Source: Octopus vulgaris
Lineage: Eukaryota
Reading direction: 5' to 3'
Assembly: GCA_951406725.2 (NCBI GenBank)
Contig: OX597819.1
Coordinates: 63,922,001-63,986,000, forward strand
DNA length: 64,000 nt
In this document: positions 41,744 through 57,222 of the stretch, in pieces
Layout of the letters: the number at the start of each line of letters is the position of its first letter
Numbering within the stretch: position 1 is the first letter of the stretch
Notes under the pieces: generated by a model
What the model was told of the DNA's origin: nothing
The model's database searches: none
The model's input: only the letters and a program-made list of their open reading frames with translations
Made by a program: the position numbers and the translations under genes

Positions 41744-42935
41744 TTGGATTGGCAACTTAGTTCCCGCCATTTGAAACAAATTAATGTTTGAAAGGTTTAA
41801 TAAAAATAACTAATTAAACAATAGTGTACTCACCATTGTTGTTTACAACTTCTTCCCAAGCTCCAACAAGATTTTCAATAACTAGTTGGTAGAAATCACC
41901 CGATTTCAACTCGAAAAATTGATCCAACCAAGCTCTCATTTGAAAAAGATCAAAAGAGGTGGAAATCCGTTGGTGCCAAATCAGGAGAGTACGGCGGATG
42001 TGGTAGCAATTCCCAGCCATGCGTTTGAATGGTTTCGTTGGTCATATTGCCGACATGATGGCGGGCGTTGTCGTGCAGGAGAAGAAATCAATGCTGCAGA
42101 TTAGATCTTTTCTCTTGAATCGCCGTGTTGAGTGGTTCCATCTGTTGAACATAGAGTTCCGCGTTGACCGTTTGGTTCCGTTCAAGCAATTCGTAATGGA
42201 TAATTCCCTTCCCAGTTCCACCATATACACAACATCGTTTTACGCGGATGAATATCTTTTTTCATGCGCGGTGTCGCTTGCTCACCGGGGCTAAGCAAGT
42301 AACGATTCGGTAAAGAAATCATTGCTTGTGTCCATGAGTTGAGCGGTGACGAGCAAGCAAACTAGCGGAGATTGTAACTCGTTGATTTTTGTTGTTGTCA
42401 CCTAAAGCATCCGGAACCCATGCTCCATACTTCTGAACCTTTCCCATCGAGTTAAAATGCTTCTCTATAGCAGTGTGGGAGCATTTTATTTTCTCTGATA
42501 TTTCTCTTGTTTGACGAGAATTTTCGTGCAAAATTTTGTTTAATCGCTCCTCATCGCACTCAACTGTACGGCCAGAACGAGGTGCGACATTGAGGTTAAA
42601 ATTTCCATTTTTTTAACTTGGCATACCAATCATGTGCGGTTATTTCAGCTATGGCACCCTCTTCATACACAACACAAATGTCGCGAGTAGCTTTAGCGGC
42701 ATTTGAACCTTGATTAAAGCAAAAAGAAGGCGGTGTCGAAAATGCCTCATTTTTCTTAACTTGACATTGTATTTTAATGATTAGAAAATAAAAAAAAAAT
42801 TAACTAAAATTAACTTTAAAAAAATAGAATCCAAAATAATTCAAAAATATAATTCTAGAAAAAAATAGATTCCAAAATTTAAAAACGCAATAAATTCCAA
42901 AATATAAAAAAACGCGGGAACTTAGTTGCCAACGC

Positions 42936-42939
<4 letters not shown>
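41744..42939 (-). mobile_element. Mariner (DD34D) element, decayed, both TIRs present
   Basis: TIRs TTGGATTGGCAACTTAGTTCCCGC / GCGGGAACTTAGTTGCCAACGCACAA with TA flanks. Motifs GAWVPDAL, LHDNARHH, HPPYSPDLAPTDFHLF. Confidence 0.93.
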
Positions 42940-43013
<74 letters not shown>

Positions 43014-43018
43014 TTATG

Positions 43019-43240
43019 TAGGGTGCGGCAGAAGTAACTCCGTTTTGGAATTTAATAATTTTTATAGTATAGAAATGTTTATTAAGTAATTTTTTATTGC
43101 ATTACTAATAGAAACGAATACTAAGCTAATGAAAAAAATCGCAGAAGATTCAGGAAATTTATTGAGTATTGTTTCATGAAAACAACATGATTCAATACGT
43201 GTTTTTAAATATAAAAGATCGTTAGTTCTGCCGCACCCTG
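43019..43240. mobile_element. Tc1/mariner-type MITE
   Basis: TIRs AGGGTGCGGCAGAAGTAAC / GTTAGTTCTGCCGCACCCTG around an AT-rich core. Confidence 0.8.
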
Positions 43241-43254
43241 CTGATCGATCGATC

Positions 43255-43340
<86 letters not shown>
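43255..43340. repeat. (GATA)n microsatellite
   Basis: Direct reading. Confidence 0.95.
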
Positions 43341-44047
43341 AAAATAGACAGCGAGGTTTAGGTAGTTGGATATATAGAAACTTAATTACAACAGAAGAAT
43401 GGGAAAGGCGAGAGAGAGAAGTTATGCATGTTTGAATTGTGCAGATAGATATGAAGTCTGACGGAAATAGGAAAACAATCTCTTTAAGATTTCAGTGGTT
43501 ATCGTTTGAATATTTACCAGCGTGTATTTCTTAACGTAAAATAAAATCAGGGAAGTTCATTTCTGATGGTACTTGTGTCTGTGAGTGTGAGACTACTCCT
43601 AAAGTTTTGTGTCTCTATAACATTTTATAAATCTATCAATCATTCCTTTTTTGTTTTATATAACTGTCGCCTACGTACTTGATAAAATGCATTCAGAAAC
43701 TTTAATTAATTAAACTAAGCCATTAGGGTTACGAACCTGCATATTCAAAATGCATAGTTGAAGTAAAAACGAAAGACAGAAGAAAAAAATGGGGGCGGGT
43801 GAGTGTAGGAATTCGATTTTTTTTAATTAATCAAATTTAATTAAATGTAGAATTTACTTTGTTATCAGTCTGATTTCTAGCATTACGATGACTACTATGG
43901 ATATAATTCCAGCCGAATAGAATTTATTAACGAAGTATAGTCAAAAGGCAACTGCAGTAAATGCGTATGTCTATAGAGATGAGGTAGAGTTTGGTAAATG
44001 AAAAATATATGTGCGTAGGGCGCGATATATGCGTAGCTTTTAACTTT

Positions 44048-44270
44048 CTCTCTTTTACTTGTTACATTCATTACACTGTGGCCATGCTGTAGCCATTCCT
44101 TGAAGGATTTTAGTGTAACGAATCGAACCCTAGTAGATATTTTCTTAAACCCGCCACTTATTCTATCATTTTCTCTTGCTGAACCGCTAGATGAGGAGGA
44201 TGTAAACACAAAAATCATTTGTGAAGCTGCTATGATGGACAAACACAAACACAAAGGCCTACACAAACAC
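44048..44270 (-). mobile_element. SINE family A, decayed 3' part
   Basis: CTGTGGCCATGCTG...GCTGAACCGCTAG...GTAAACAC. Confidence 0.65.
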
Positions 44271-44600
44271 ATGGACACACACATAGAGACATTCACCTGC
44301 ACATACGCACACACACGGATAGAGACAGTGACATACACACACACAGCACACACACACAGATGTGTCACCCGGCGATCTATTCTGAGGAACCTGGAAACAT
44401 TCTCTTGGGAAAAGAGATTTTTAAATTCGGTTGCTACATAATCAGAAGGCATTTTGAGTTAAAACATTTCTCGGCATTTGTTCACATTGATGGTAATACA
44501 TTCATCACTTTCTTTGCACTCTCTCCGAAATATATATACGTATATATATATATGTAAGTATCTCTCTGTCTCTCTGTCTCTCTGTCTCTCTCTCTCTCTG

Positions 44601-44657
<57 letters not shown>

Positions 44658-44779
44658 CTTCTTACATGTACGAAGTCTGTGAAATACTTATATTAGTGGA
44701 CAAGTCAAAATTACTTGTACGTAGTATCATAAACGGATATGTTTGAAATAGTTGCCCTCATCCTAGCCATAGCTCACAT

Positions 44780-45570
44780 TCCTTTACAATTTCTGTTTTC
44801 AATACTGTCTGTGCGTTTGACATCAAGAAATAAATCTGGCACACAGAAATATACTACCCAGATAAGGTCATTTTCTTTAAACATGTATAGATTTTTATAG
44901 AGATATATTTGGGTGTATGAACGCTGATCTGAGATCCACTTTAAGGACGAGGAGAACAATCTGAGGAGAATAAAGTTTTGGAGGACTTTTAGACTGGAAA
45001 GAAAGGTCAATTTCGATATCTTGATTGCTCGTGATATTGCGGATTATTACTTGTCCAAGACAAGTTCTTTATGTATGGAAACATCACAAGATGAAGATAT
45101 CTCTGATGAGTGCACAGGAAGGAAATCCTTCTGAACATTATTCTTCAGTATCCATGCATCAATGACTCATAATCTTGTATTGAACAGTTATTTTATCGTG
45201 TAGGAAGAATTCGGTTGCACGTCGAGTCTATTGTGAAGATCGATGCGCTATCCTCTTTTTGCAGGCAAGGGAGGCAACTATTTCTCGAATTGTTCACTCT
45301 GGAAAAGGTAAGTTGCGAATTAAAACACCTTTGAAATGTTTAAAGACTGTTTCTTTCCAATCTGACCAGGTGGCCAACTTCTTCAAGAAATACATAAATA
45401 ACCCAGAAAAGAGTAGTGAAAGAAGACGGGAAGGTGCTGCCTTCGAATGGCGGCTGAGAGTAGCATGCCTGAGGATGTTATGTGAACCTACCCTGAGGAA
45501 ACATTTCTGAGGAGGAGGAGAAAAATTGGAAATGGAGTACTGTAATGCCTTGCTGATGGCAGACAAATGT
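44780..45570 (-). mobile_element. Possible highly decayed LINE inter-domain fragment
   Basis: Higher-complexity island with weak peptide resemblance (LSAAIRR) and no catalytic motif. Confidence 0.3.
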
Positions 45571-45833
45571 CGCTTTTTATTATGGTTTCGACCGCATTAT
45601 CATAGGTAGACAGCCCCAGTATTTGAATATAGTTCTTGTTGAAATTTTTGTTGGAATTGAATTTTTCTCTGCTTTGAATTTTCTATTATAATATAATTTA
45701 TTTTGGTTGATTTCGTTTTGATCGATATAAACCACCTCACCGTTTCTTTTATTTCATCCTTTTATATTGACCTGGATGTCTTTACCCTCTGTCCAATAAA
45801 ATATTATTATTATTGTTATTATTATTATTATTA

Positions 45834-45904
<71 letters not shown>

Positions 45905-46394
45905 GTAGAAAGCATTATAGCTGCAATAGTGGGGATGAAAAAAAAAGTCATGCAGGTTTCGAAAGGAAATTATTTGCAATGATGCATTTAAGTTACTTCA
46001 TAATTAAATTTCACATGGCACAAATGCGGACTTAGAAATGCTTTGCTAGACCTCAGTGAAAGAACCCGTAGTAGTTCATTGAAATATAAAGTCGATTTAA
46101 TCAAATATAAACTGACAGAGTAACGCTATGGTCTTGGTGTGGCAAAGGTAGCGGAGCAGAGATTTGTTAAAGTTGTGCAAACATTCGCTGTATTATGATT
46201 TTTTCCTATTTATCTTCTGAATTCAAAGTGTGTGGGCAGCTTTTTGTCTACCATCTCTGAGCTCTTAGCAAATGCAAATTACAGTTCGCTCAAAGTTGGT
46301 TTGAGCCAATGAAGTTATGTAGCTTTGATCAAAATATATCCGTCCGCGAAATATTTATCAAACTTAGAAATACTATGTCGTTCACCTCTTGAAC

Positions 46395-46705
46395 TTCGTT
46401 GTCATCACCACCACCACGACCACCATTATCATCACCACTATCGCCAACATGAATTGGAGCAACAACAATAACAATACCAGCACTAGCTTCAGCATCATCA
46501 TCATGATTATCCTCGTTTTCATCCTCACCATCATCAGAATGATTTTCATCATCACCCCCACAAGCGTGAACACTGCTGCCAAAAGCATAGACACGACCAA
46601 CACTTTCACCGCCACCACAAAGACCATCACCACCACCACCACCAAGAAGAAGACCACTATTCCCGTCGTCGTCAGTGTTGTCGTCATCATAATCACCATG
46701 ACTAT
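46395..46705. repeat. Cryptic (CAC/CAT/AAC)n trinucleotide repeat
   Basis: Degenerate 3-bp periodicity giving spurious poly-T/I ORFs. Confidence 0.85.
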
Positions 46706-47249
46706 TTGAAAAACCGGGTGGAAAATAACTTGCCTAATTCGACTTAAATTTAACCTGCTTTAACATCATTTTTTAACCTTTGACATTGTCGACGCAAGTG
46801 TCCCTGTTTAACGTTTCTCAATCACGTCCTCTCTCAATTCCGAAATACCCTTAAAACTGAACCAGGGTCAAAGCATTGCCTTATATTTTTATAGGCTCAA
46901 ACACTGCCTGAGATTCATATAAATGCATAAGATAAGCAACAATGTTCCAATGCAGTGCATATAATAAACAGTAACACAAGCTGATACGTGAATGTAATAA
47001 TTCATGTTTTGTAATGCATGTATTGTTATAAAATTAAGCTGTTTTAGAACCGGGTGATGGTATGTGGTAAACACTTGATTCACATCCATATGGAACTGGG
47101 TTCAGACCCCTTGCATGACGCTTCGGCCAAGTATTTTCAAAGATTTTTTTAAGTTTGTTTCACGGAAACACACAAATCAATTTTTATAAAAGTGTGCGTG
47201 TGTGTGTGTTTGTGTGTGTATGCATGAATATGTATTGATATAGGAACAC

Positions 47250-47385
47250 GCTACCAAGTCCACTCACAAGGACTTTGCCTGCCCAAGGCTATAGTAGAAG
47301 ACACTTGACCAAGGTGCCACGCAGTGAGACTGAACCTTGAACCACGTGGTTGGTAAGCAAGCTACGTACCACACAGCCACTCCAA
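47250..47385 (-). mobile_element. SINE family A head
   Basis: GGCTATAGTAGAAGACACTTG...GACTGAACC...ACCACACAGCCACTCC. Confidence 0.8.
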
Positions 47386-47506
47386 TACATATATATCATA
47401 TACACACACACATATACACAGATATATGCATGTATATAAATGTCTGTGTATTTAAATGTATAGAAATATACATACACACGCGTACACATGGATTTGAGTA
47501 TGAATG

Positions 47507-47537
<31 letters not shown>

Positions 47538-48099
47538 GTATGTATGCATGCATGATGTAAGTATACATAGAGGTAATCAGTAACGAATTAGGTGGAATCA
47601 TTCAGTTGTATCTCACGTGATTAATTACAGCTATCTGCAAATCTCAAAGAACGTAATTAAATCGGTATAGATTAAATTTGCTTTGATCCACTGTCAGACG
47701 ATCCGGTGCTAAACGTTAGTGATATAGCAATAAAAGAATTAACGATGATTTCCTATAACACAAATCCGAACAATTTCAGCTACTATCATTCCTTTGAATG
47801 CATGTACACACGTATATATTCACATCCATATATACATGTTGATATACAATCACTGATACTTTTCCTGTCGCTGCTAGGTTTACGTGTTCGAATGTCCGTC
47901 ACTAAATTAATTCCCTATGTTCGATTCCTGGACCCGTCAAGCAGCTCGATTTTACAACATTAAATATGAGTACCCGTCGAAAACAGGCATTTAATATCAA
48001 TAGCATTCTGCTTTTTGACGGATATTTACCTATTTCCTTACTTTCATTTTTTACTTAATTCCTTAATATTGTTCCACTGTGTGTGTGTAAATATATACA

Positions 48100-48675
48100 T
48101 ATACAAGAAAACATACCCCCCCCCTTACAATGGACGTTGCTGAGTTGTCAAACATTTAAACCAAATATTTTCAAAACAACATGTCCCAAATTTAACCTAA
48201 ATTTGAGACACCAGCAAAAGAAGAAATAGAGATTGACCTTTTTCTATTCCAAAGAAAAACTATTTTATTCACACAAATATGCAACCGAAGAGTTCAAAGT
48301 ACCAGTAATGATAAGGCTGTTGACTGGGAGAACACAAGCATGGTTTAAACAGTAAGCTTGGGAGGAAAGAAACGTGCCTTTAAGCAGTACAAAAACAAAC
48401 AAAAAAATGGAATGTGCAGCTATGTATAGGTTGACGGAAGAAGTAGTATCGTTCGCAACAGCTGATGTACTTGCGCGTACAATGAACATTCCCACGCTTT
48501 TATCGATCGCATTCTCACCTGGAATCGACTTTTGTAAATTTTTCAAGACTTATACGCGCGCTGATACCGTCGATATCAACATATCAAATTTGAGCGCAAT
48601 CGGATGGAGGATGCCCGAGAACCTAGAAGACACACACAAACACACACAGATAGAACGAATTTTATATAATAGATA
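48100..48675 (+). mobile_element. Possible Helitron-like non-autonomous element, 3' portion
   Basis: End architecture CAAATTTGAGCGCAATCGG...(CA)n...TTTTATATAATAGAT, analogous to 49770-49845. Confidence 0.45.
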
Positions 48676-48683
48676 TGTATATA

Positions 48684-48767
<84 letters not shown>

Positions 48768-49066
48768 GGGAACATTATTCCAAAACTTACAGATAAAAAT
48801 TCAATTTAACAACTTTAAATCAAATTTCCTAATATATAATATATATATATATATATATAATTTAGAGAAAAAACACCATTAAACAATTCAATAAAGAAAA
48901 TATAGCCATGAAACGTGCGTAGTCTTTTCACTACTATTTACTATTTGTTGTATTTTACTGATTTAAAATTAGGTTTTTTTTATAGTATATGTTTTCTATA
49001 TGGTGTTAATAATATCTTACTTTATTGAATTGTTTAATAGGGGTATTTCTCTAAATTATATACATA

Positions 49067-49960
<894 letters not shown>

Positions 49961-50519
49961 TGTGTATTGAATTTCTAGAATTGTTTTTATGTATGCAAGT
50001 CGTTTTGTCTGGGTAATAAGTTTTAAGGTCTCCTATTTCCGTTTAGGTTTCTCGTTTTTCTGCTTGCTTCTTTGCTTGCATTAAATGATAAGCTTTCAAG
50101 GAGTGTCTCGTAATGCATTGCGCACACTAATTGTATGTTCTTATTCTAACATGACGTGTCGTGTAACCGCTGTCTCTACTGATTTTGTTGTTATTTTTTT
50201 CATTGATGATGTGGTTCTTGTTATTTTTGTTATTGTAGCTCATCGCTACATAATCCTTATTTGTTTAGGTGTTAAATTTGACATAAAATTTGGCCAGTTT
50301 TTTTCATTTTCTGTTTTCAATATCTCATTGTGTATGGGATTGTTTCTATTGCAAGGCACAATGATGTATATATAACATTTTTTTTCAGAATGATGTATGT
50401 TTTATTAAAAAATACTGAGTAATTTCGGTTTGAAAACTCTTTTGTTAGTCTTTTTAAGGTATATATATATATAATCATGATGCGCAATTAAATGCTGGTT
50501 CCTTTACATCTATAACTTT

Positions 50520-50624
<105 letters not shown>

Positions 50625-51911
50625 TATCAATTTTTTATTTTAATAATTAATATATGGATACATGTATACTGGTTTGTACTTATATTATGTATGTAATTTT
50701 TAATTATTTCTTCTTTTTTTATTTTATCACATTTTTAACTTAAGTATTTACAATTTATTAACTTATAATTACTTTAATTTCTGTTATTTACTTATATTTA
50801 ACTGTATTAGTTAGTCCCCGGTGCGTTTGTTTATATCTGGTGATACACAAGAGTATGTATATCTGAGTGTTATTCTATTAGCTCGAAGGTTAGGTTCCTT
50901 GTTGGTTAAATATTAATATTATAATGGCACTGGATTTATTACGTTGAAAAGATATATATTTACTATAAAAAATCAATCTATAATTTATAACTTAGCGTAC
51001 ATGCGATTATAACAAATTACCATGTAATCAGTAATCGTTATGTTGACTACGGAAAAAACCGGTGTTCACATACTGCGTATACCCTGCGAAAATAACATTC
51101 GATGTCGTGATATATAAATATATGTATCTTTAAAACAAATATTTTATGGAAATATATGAGTGGATCTATTTTGTTACTTTGTGGCATGTTTTTAGTTTTG
51201 AGAAGCTCAATACCTGCATGGATAAGATTATACTTCTTTTATTATTTATTTATTTATTTATTTTGGACTTGATTTGTGGATATGTATGTGTATGAGTCTA
51301 TGTGTGTGTGTATACATATAATTATGTATGTATGTGCGATTGATCTGTGGATGTGCGTGTGCGTATGTGCGTTTCTTGACTAACTAACCGTAAAATTTAT
51401 TTTGTGATTCAAATTTTAAACTATAAGCCAATCGAATTAATCTAGAATAATCAATATCAAGCGGACAGAATAACCAGACACTTAGATATGTAGATATCCG
51501 ATGGATGTACTTGGTGCAGACATAACTGTATCTATCATTATTATTATTATTAATATTAATAGTAATTATTATTGACTTTTACAGGTTTATAATTTTATGA
51601 ACTGAATTGTGGTTTTTTATTACTTTTCATGTATAAGTCTGATTTTAATTTAAATGTGCGTGTGCATATATCTTCTTGTGTGGTAGTTTTTAGAACTATT
51701 AACTCAATATGTAGAATAACTGAGCTTATTAATATATATTGATATATATTTTGTTTTATTTTGTTTTGTGTATCTTGTATTATTGTATTAATGAATATAT
51801 ATATATATATGTGTAGTATAATGGTGTCAATGCACACATTTTTATATTTTACATTTTTATATTGATATGTATATGGAAAAAAAAAATTTTCACAATTATA
51901 ATTTATTAAAT

Positions 51912-52022
51912 TCTCTGAAGAGGCCGTGGGGCATCCTTGTTAATGTCTCATTTATACCTGCCTTATATGGCTTATAGGTTAAATGAGGCATGATTGCCCT
52001 TACTGCCGAAACAGCTGTCAGA
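51912..52022 (+). ncRNA. Type I hammerhead ribozyme with long helix II
   Basis: TCT-CTGAAGA-GGC(C)GTGGGGCA...TGCCCTTAC(T)GCC-GAAA-CAGCTG-TC-AGA, GUC triplet. Confidence 0.88.
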
Positions 52023-52186
52023 TATGATATAATTACATATTATATTTTATATTTTATATTTATATTTCCTTGTCTAATTATATTTACAATATATTTTGTA
52101 TAATGCCTTTACTGTTATGTAATGGTGTATCATCTGTTGGTTGATGTTTGATTGATTTAAGTATGTTTCTCCATTTTCTAATTTTG

Positions 52187-52232
<46 letters not shown>

Positions 52233-52240
<8 letters not shown>

Positions 52241-52380
52241 GGGTTCAGTGAAATAATCTACTTTACCACACACCGAACTTTTAGAATAGCAGCCAAAAAA
52301 TCTTAGTTAAGATTTTGGGCTGCTATTTCTAAAAGTTCGGTGTGTGGTAAAGTAAATTATTTTAATGAACCCTAATTATA
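52233..52380. repeat. About 148-bp palindrome abutting (TA)n
   Basis: AATTAGGGTTCA...CACACACCGAACTTTTAGA / TCTAAAAGTTCGGTGTGTG...TGAACCCTAATT. Confidence 0.9.
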
Positions 52381-52473
52381 TAACGTAATGTTTCAAATAT
52401 ACCGTAAATGGTATTTTTACATACTGAACAATACTCGGTAAAATTAATTAATATTTAATTAATTTTTTACCCC

Positions 52474-52565
<92 letters not shown>

Positions 52566-53099
52566 GTGTATATATATATACGTGTATATATATATAAATT
52601 TATATATATTAGGAGAATCGTGCTGGCAGTGTAATTTGTCAGTTGTTTTAAATGTGCCGGTGCTTCCTAAGAGTCTTTTAGTAGCTCATGTGTTATCTGA
52701 TGTGTGCTAAGATAATTAAATAGATCGATTCCAGATCGGTTAAGTCATCGCCGAAACTCATTACGTTCCACGTCTCAATACTCCAGGCTATTGAGTTAGT
52801 TAGTAGCATCAAATTAATTTTGTTTTGGTTTCTGTAGAAATTTCAAATTTGTTCGTTGAGAGAATCGAGTACATTTCAAATCAGAAATAATAAAATTTTA
52901 TCGAAGAGATTTTAGTTTCGTCTCATTTAATACATACAACGAAACATGTCAATTTTAGTTTTATTCCAAAAAATTCTGCATAATATTTGACCCATGCAAA
53001 CTACATCATTGAATGTGTTTTGCGTATTATTCTAATATGGGCGCCTTTGAATTTTCTTGATTCAGTTAACTTTGTTCATTTGTTTTTATTATTATTATT

Positions 53100-53845
53100 T
53101 TAACTTTTAATCGGCATCTTTGTTACAGTCCCTTACCGAGGCACACCCGACGTCCTGGGGGCGAGTGAAGGAGAAGAGATGTTACAATATGACTAAAAGC
53201 TTGGAGAGGGGAGGTAGTGAAATATGTTCATGTAATACAAAACAGATTCTTAAATGGATAGGGTTTTATTAAGGATGTGGGCAGTAGTTGTCAGTTCAAT
53301 ATTTTTGATTTATATGAGCTACGGTTCTCTTGGGATTTTATCTAGATTTTTCTGACATCCATTTTTTAGCACATCTAGGGTACCTGAAATAAGAGGAACA
53401 GCCCTCGTTTTGAGATGTCACATCTCTTATATTTCAATTTCTTGGTCCTTTTATTTACTTAGTTTGCCACATTCCTTGACACATATAATTTTATTAGTAA
53501 GAACACTTACATTTATTAGTGTATATTTATTTTCTTCCCTGTCTTTAATCATTATATCTAGTCGAATAGCCTAGATCGTTCTGCCAGTGTTGACTGGAAA
53601 ATCCCAGACGGTAGTGACATTTTTACCTTGAACGTCTAGGTGGGGATGGTGTTCGTACCAGTAAGTAGGAGTACTGATTTTATAGTGTTTACCAAGTTTC
53701 CAATGTAAATACAGTCCTTCACTATCGTGGCAATTTTTGTATTCGAATTGTGTCAGCACCAGTCATCTCGGAAGAAGATGGTCTATTGTTTCCTCAAATG
53801 TGACGCAGAATCTGCATTTAGGGTCAGAACCGTTTTGAAGAACTG
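53100..53845 (-). mobile_element. R4/Dong-type non-LTR element, 3' fragment
   Basis: DPKCRFCVTFEETIDHLL, HWKLGKHY, WYEHHP, VWDFPVNTGRTI. Confidence 0.8.
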
Positions 53846-53852
53846 TTATTAT

Positions 53853-54157
<305 letters not shown>

Positions 54158-54164
54158 TTCATTA

Positions 54165-56760
54165 TCTTTGCACAGCTTCGAACGCTGGAGATGTACTAAG
54201 GCGCCAGATATTCCCTACCTGTGAACTAAGGTAACACCCCTTAATTTTCGGAGTTTTCGAACAGTTCCAAGCAGTGCAGTTTTCTGCAAGTGCTCCATCC
54301 TTATTGCAGCCCCTATTTGTTCCATGTACTAGGCTAGATTTTACTCACTGTTCCCAGTGCTCCGACAATTATTGGTACTACTACCATCTTTATCAGTGAC
54401 CACAACTGCTTAACCTCCCAAGCTAACCTATCATATCTATCGACTTTATTTTCTTCCTTATCGCATACCTTGTTATCAGCTGGATATTCTATATCTATGA
54501 TCCAGCATCGTTTGCTTTCGTTCTCAATTAACAGTATCTCTGACTTCCTATTCCCTAACTCAGGGTCGCACTGAATCATAAAATGCCATAAGATATTTGC
54601 CTTAACCTTTCCGATGATTCCTTCGGGTTTATGCTTCTATCACTTTTTTGCTCTGTCAAGTTCATACTTGTTGCTAAGTGTCCAATGAACAATTCTTGCT
54701 ATATTGTCATGACTTTTCTTATATTCTTTCTGGGCTACTAGCGTATATTGACTGGTTATATGCGTTACGGTCTCACCATTTCGTCCACAAATTCTGCATT
54801 TATCACTTTCTGATGTGTTGCCTATTCTAAATTTGATGTAATTCGTTCTTAACGCTTTCTCTTCGGCAGCATAAATAAGAGTCTCCGTGTCCGGTTATAA
54901 ATCACTTTTTCTCTGTCTATCATATCTTCAATTGTCCATGCATTCTTTTTTTTATCCATCTATTTTCAGTTCCATTCATTCTCAAGTACTTGTATAGTGC
55001 TTAATCTTTGCAGTTTTCTATCCTACGCAAGTCTTACCTTATTTCAATAATAGTGGTTCTGTGGCATTTCTACATACCCTGCTATGTTGTTTTCTTCTGC
55101 TGTTATGCTGTGTTCGAATCCAGTCAGTCCTCTTCCCCATCTTTTTCTTGTCTCTTTTGTGTCAATTTGTCTTTGTGTCTAAGCTGTTTAGTTCGTCTAC
55201 TGTCCATGCGATTATCCTTGCTCCATATCTAATTAGTGAAAACGCCCAGGTGTTGATAGTTTCAATATTATTTTGTCCGTTTAATTTCGAATTTAGTTTC
55301 TGTCTCAGTCTGCGCAAATACTCCAGCTTAATTTTTTCTGTCATTTCTTTCTCCATCAATTCATCCATTTCCAGTATCCACTAGAACCTGTCTCTTCTAT
55401 CTGTTTCATAACAACCTCGATGATATCGCTAGTCAGCCGATATATTTGATTTTGTCTCTTTTCAAGAGTAACACACCACACTCTACCAGTCTGAACTCCA
55501 TTCTGATATCAGTTCTGAAAGTATACACCGTTTCATCTTTACTATTATTTTTGAGGTCATCAATTAATAACAAGTGGTTATATTTTTGTTGGCGGCTCTT
55601 GAATACATACCCAGCCTTTGCTTTCCTCAGAATCATGGTTAATGGTACCATGCGCAGTACAAAGATCAGTGAGTACAGGTAGTTCCCTTGCAAGATGCCT
55701 CTCCTGATTTCTATTGTCCCTAAACTTCTTCCATATGCTGCCAGTTCCATCCGCCACTTCGCCATACTTTTTCCAAGCAATTGCTCGACATTTGATGCAA
55801 TACAAACTAAGTTCATATATTCCGTAATCCAAGAATGTTGGATTATCTCGTACACCTTACGATAATCGATCCAGGGTATGATTTAGATAGCTGTCCTCTT
55901 CTTGCAGTCTCTAAGTACTGTTTTGTTTACCAGGAGATCTATCTTCGTACCACTGCACTTACGCTTGCTACTTTTCCGCTCATGTGGTAGGAATCCTTTT
56001 TTTTCCGGATGTCCGTACACTCTATCAATAATTCCAGTCAATAATTTCTAATTAAATGAAAAGCAGAGTATGGGTCTTTAATTGTCTACCGTATTGCATT
56101 TTTCGATGTCTTTCAAGCAGAGGACTGTCCTGCCAATTGTCAATCACTGCGGTGTTACTTGGTCAGCATTTAACAAGGTGTTTAGTTGTGCAACTATTCG
56201 TGCATGACATTCCCCAAACCTTTTGATCCAGTAGCCTTGAACTCCATCTGGTCCCGAGGCCTTCCATTTGCTCATTTCTTTGCTGATTTCCTTCACTTCC
56301 CTAACTGAAATAACTAGCTCTGCCTGTTTTGGACAGACCACTGTTTGTTTCAGTTCTTGCAACCATACAGCATACTTCTTGTGACCCTTTTCTTTGCTCC
56401 AGATGTTACTCCAAAATCTTTGACTTTCAATGTCATCTGGCATCAACTTTTCATTTGTACACATTCAATTTCTTTCTTTACAGAAACTCTTCTGATCTAC
56501 TCTGAATAAAGTATTCTGTTGATATCCCTTCAGTCTTTGGTCGTGTCTAACCATCTTTGCTTTCTTTGCAAGGAGGCGCCGTTTTACTTCCTCGATTACC
56601 AATTTCAGGCCCTTTCCTTCAATATCATACTTCCAGTTCGCTGTATTTTTCTTCGTTATTAAGCTTCTCCTTTTCTTTTCGGTCTAAAACGGAAATGTCC
56701 TTCGAGAGCATAATTTATCCCCGTCTGTATTCTTCTTTTCCACTTTTTCTTCTGTCACTC
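54165..56760 (-). mobile_element. R4/Dong-type non-LTR retrotransposon, decayed (RT + CCHC + restriction-like endonuclease)
   Basis: WKASGPDGVQGYWIK, RRGILQG, NHLLLIDDLK, SKLNGQNNIETINTWA, CWIIDIEYP, VVPIIVGALG, LQKTALLGT. Confidence 0.9.
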
Positions 56761-56761
56761 C

Positions 56762-57017
<256 letters not shown>

Positions 57018-57034
57018 TAGTTTTATTTTTATTT

Positions 57035-57146
57035 TTATAGCGTGCTTTCACTTCACTACCGAGCGCAGCTCTGTGTGCCTTGGGTATGTGCTGTGATTTG
57101 TTGTGATGCTCTGATGGTTATTGTATGGAAAGTGTTCTGTACATTC

Positions 57147-57147
<1 letters not shown>
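57035..57147 (-). mobile_element. Short insert between (TTA)n tracts, probable 3' end of another R4/Dong-like copy
   Basis: About 110 bp of complex sequence flanked by TTA repeats on both sides. Family assignment is inference. Confidence 0.45.
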
Positions 57148-57217
<70 letters not shown>

Positions 57218-57222
57218 CATCA

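Noticed and set aside
46382-46709. Hydrophobic or Thr-rich ORFs resembling a membrane protein or mucin
   Set aside because: Degenerate trinucleotide repeat open on both strands.
48265-48640. Non-repetitive ORFs on both strands as a possible host exon
   Set aside because: No domain motif or clear splice sites, and the region runs into a Helitron-like 3' end.
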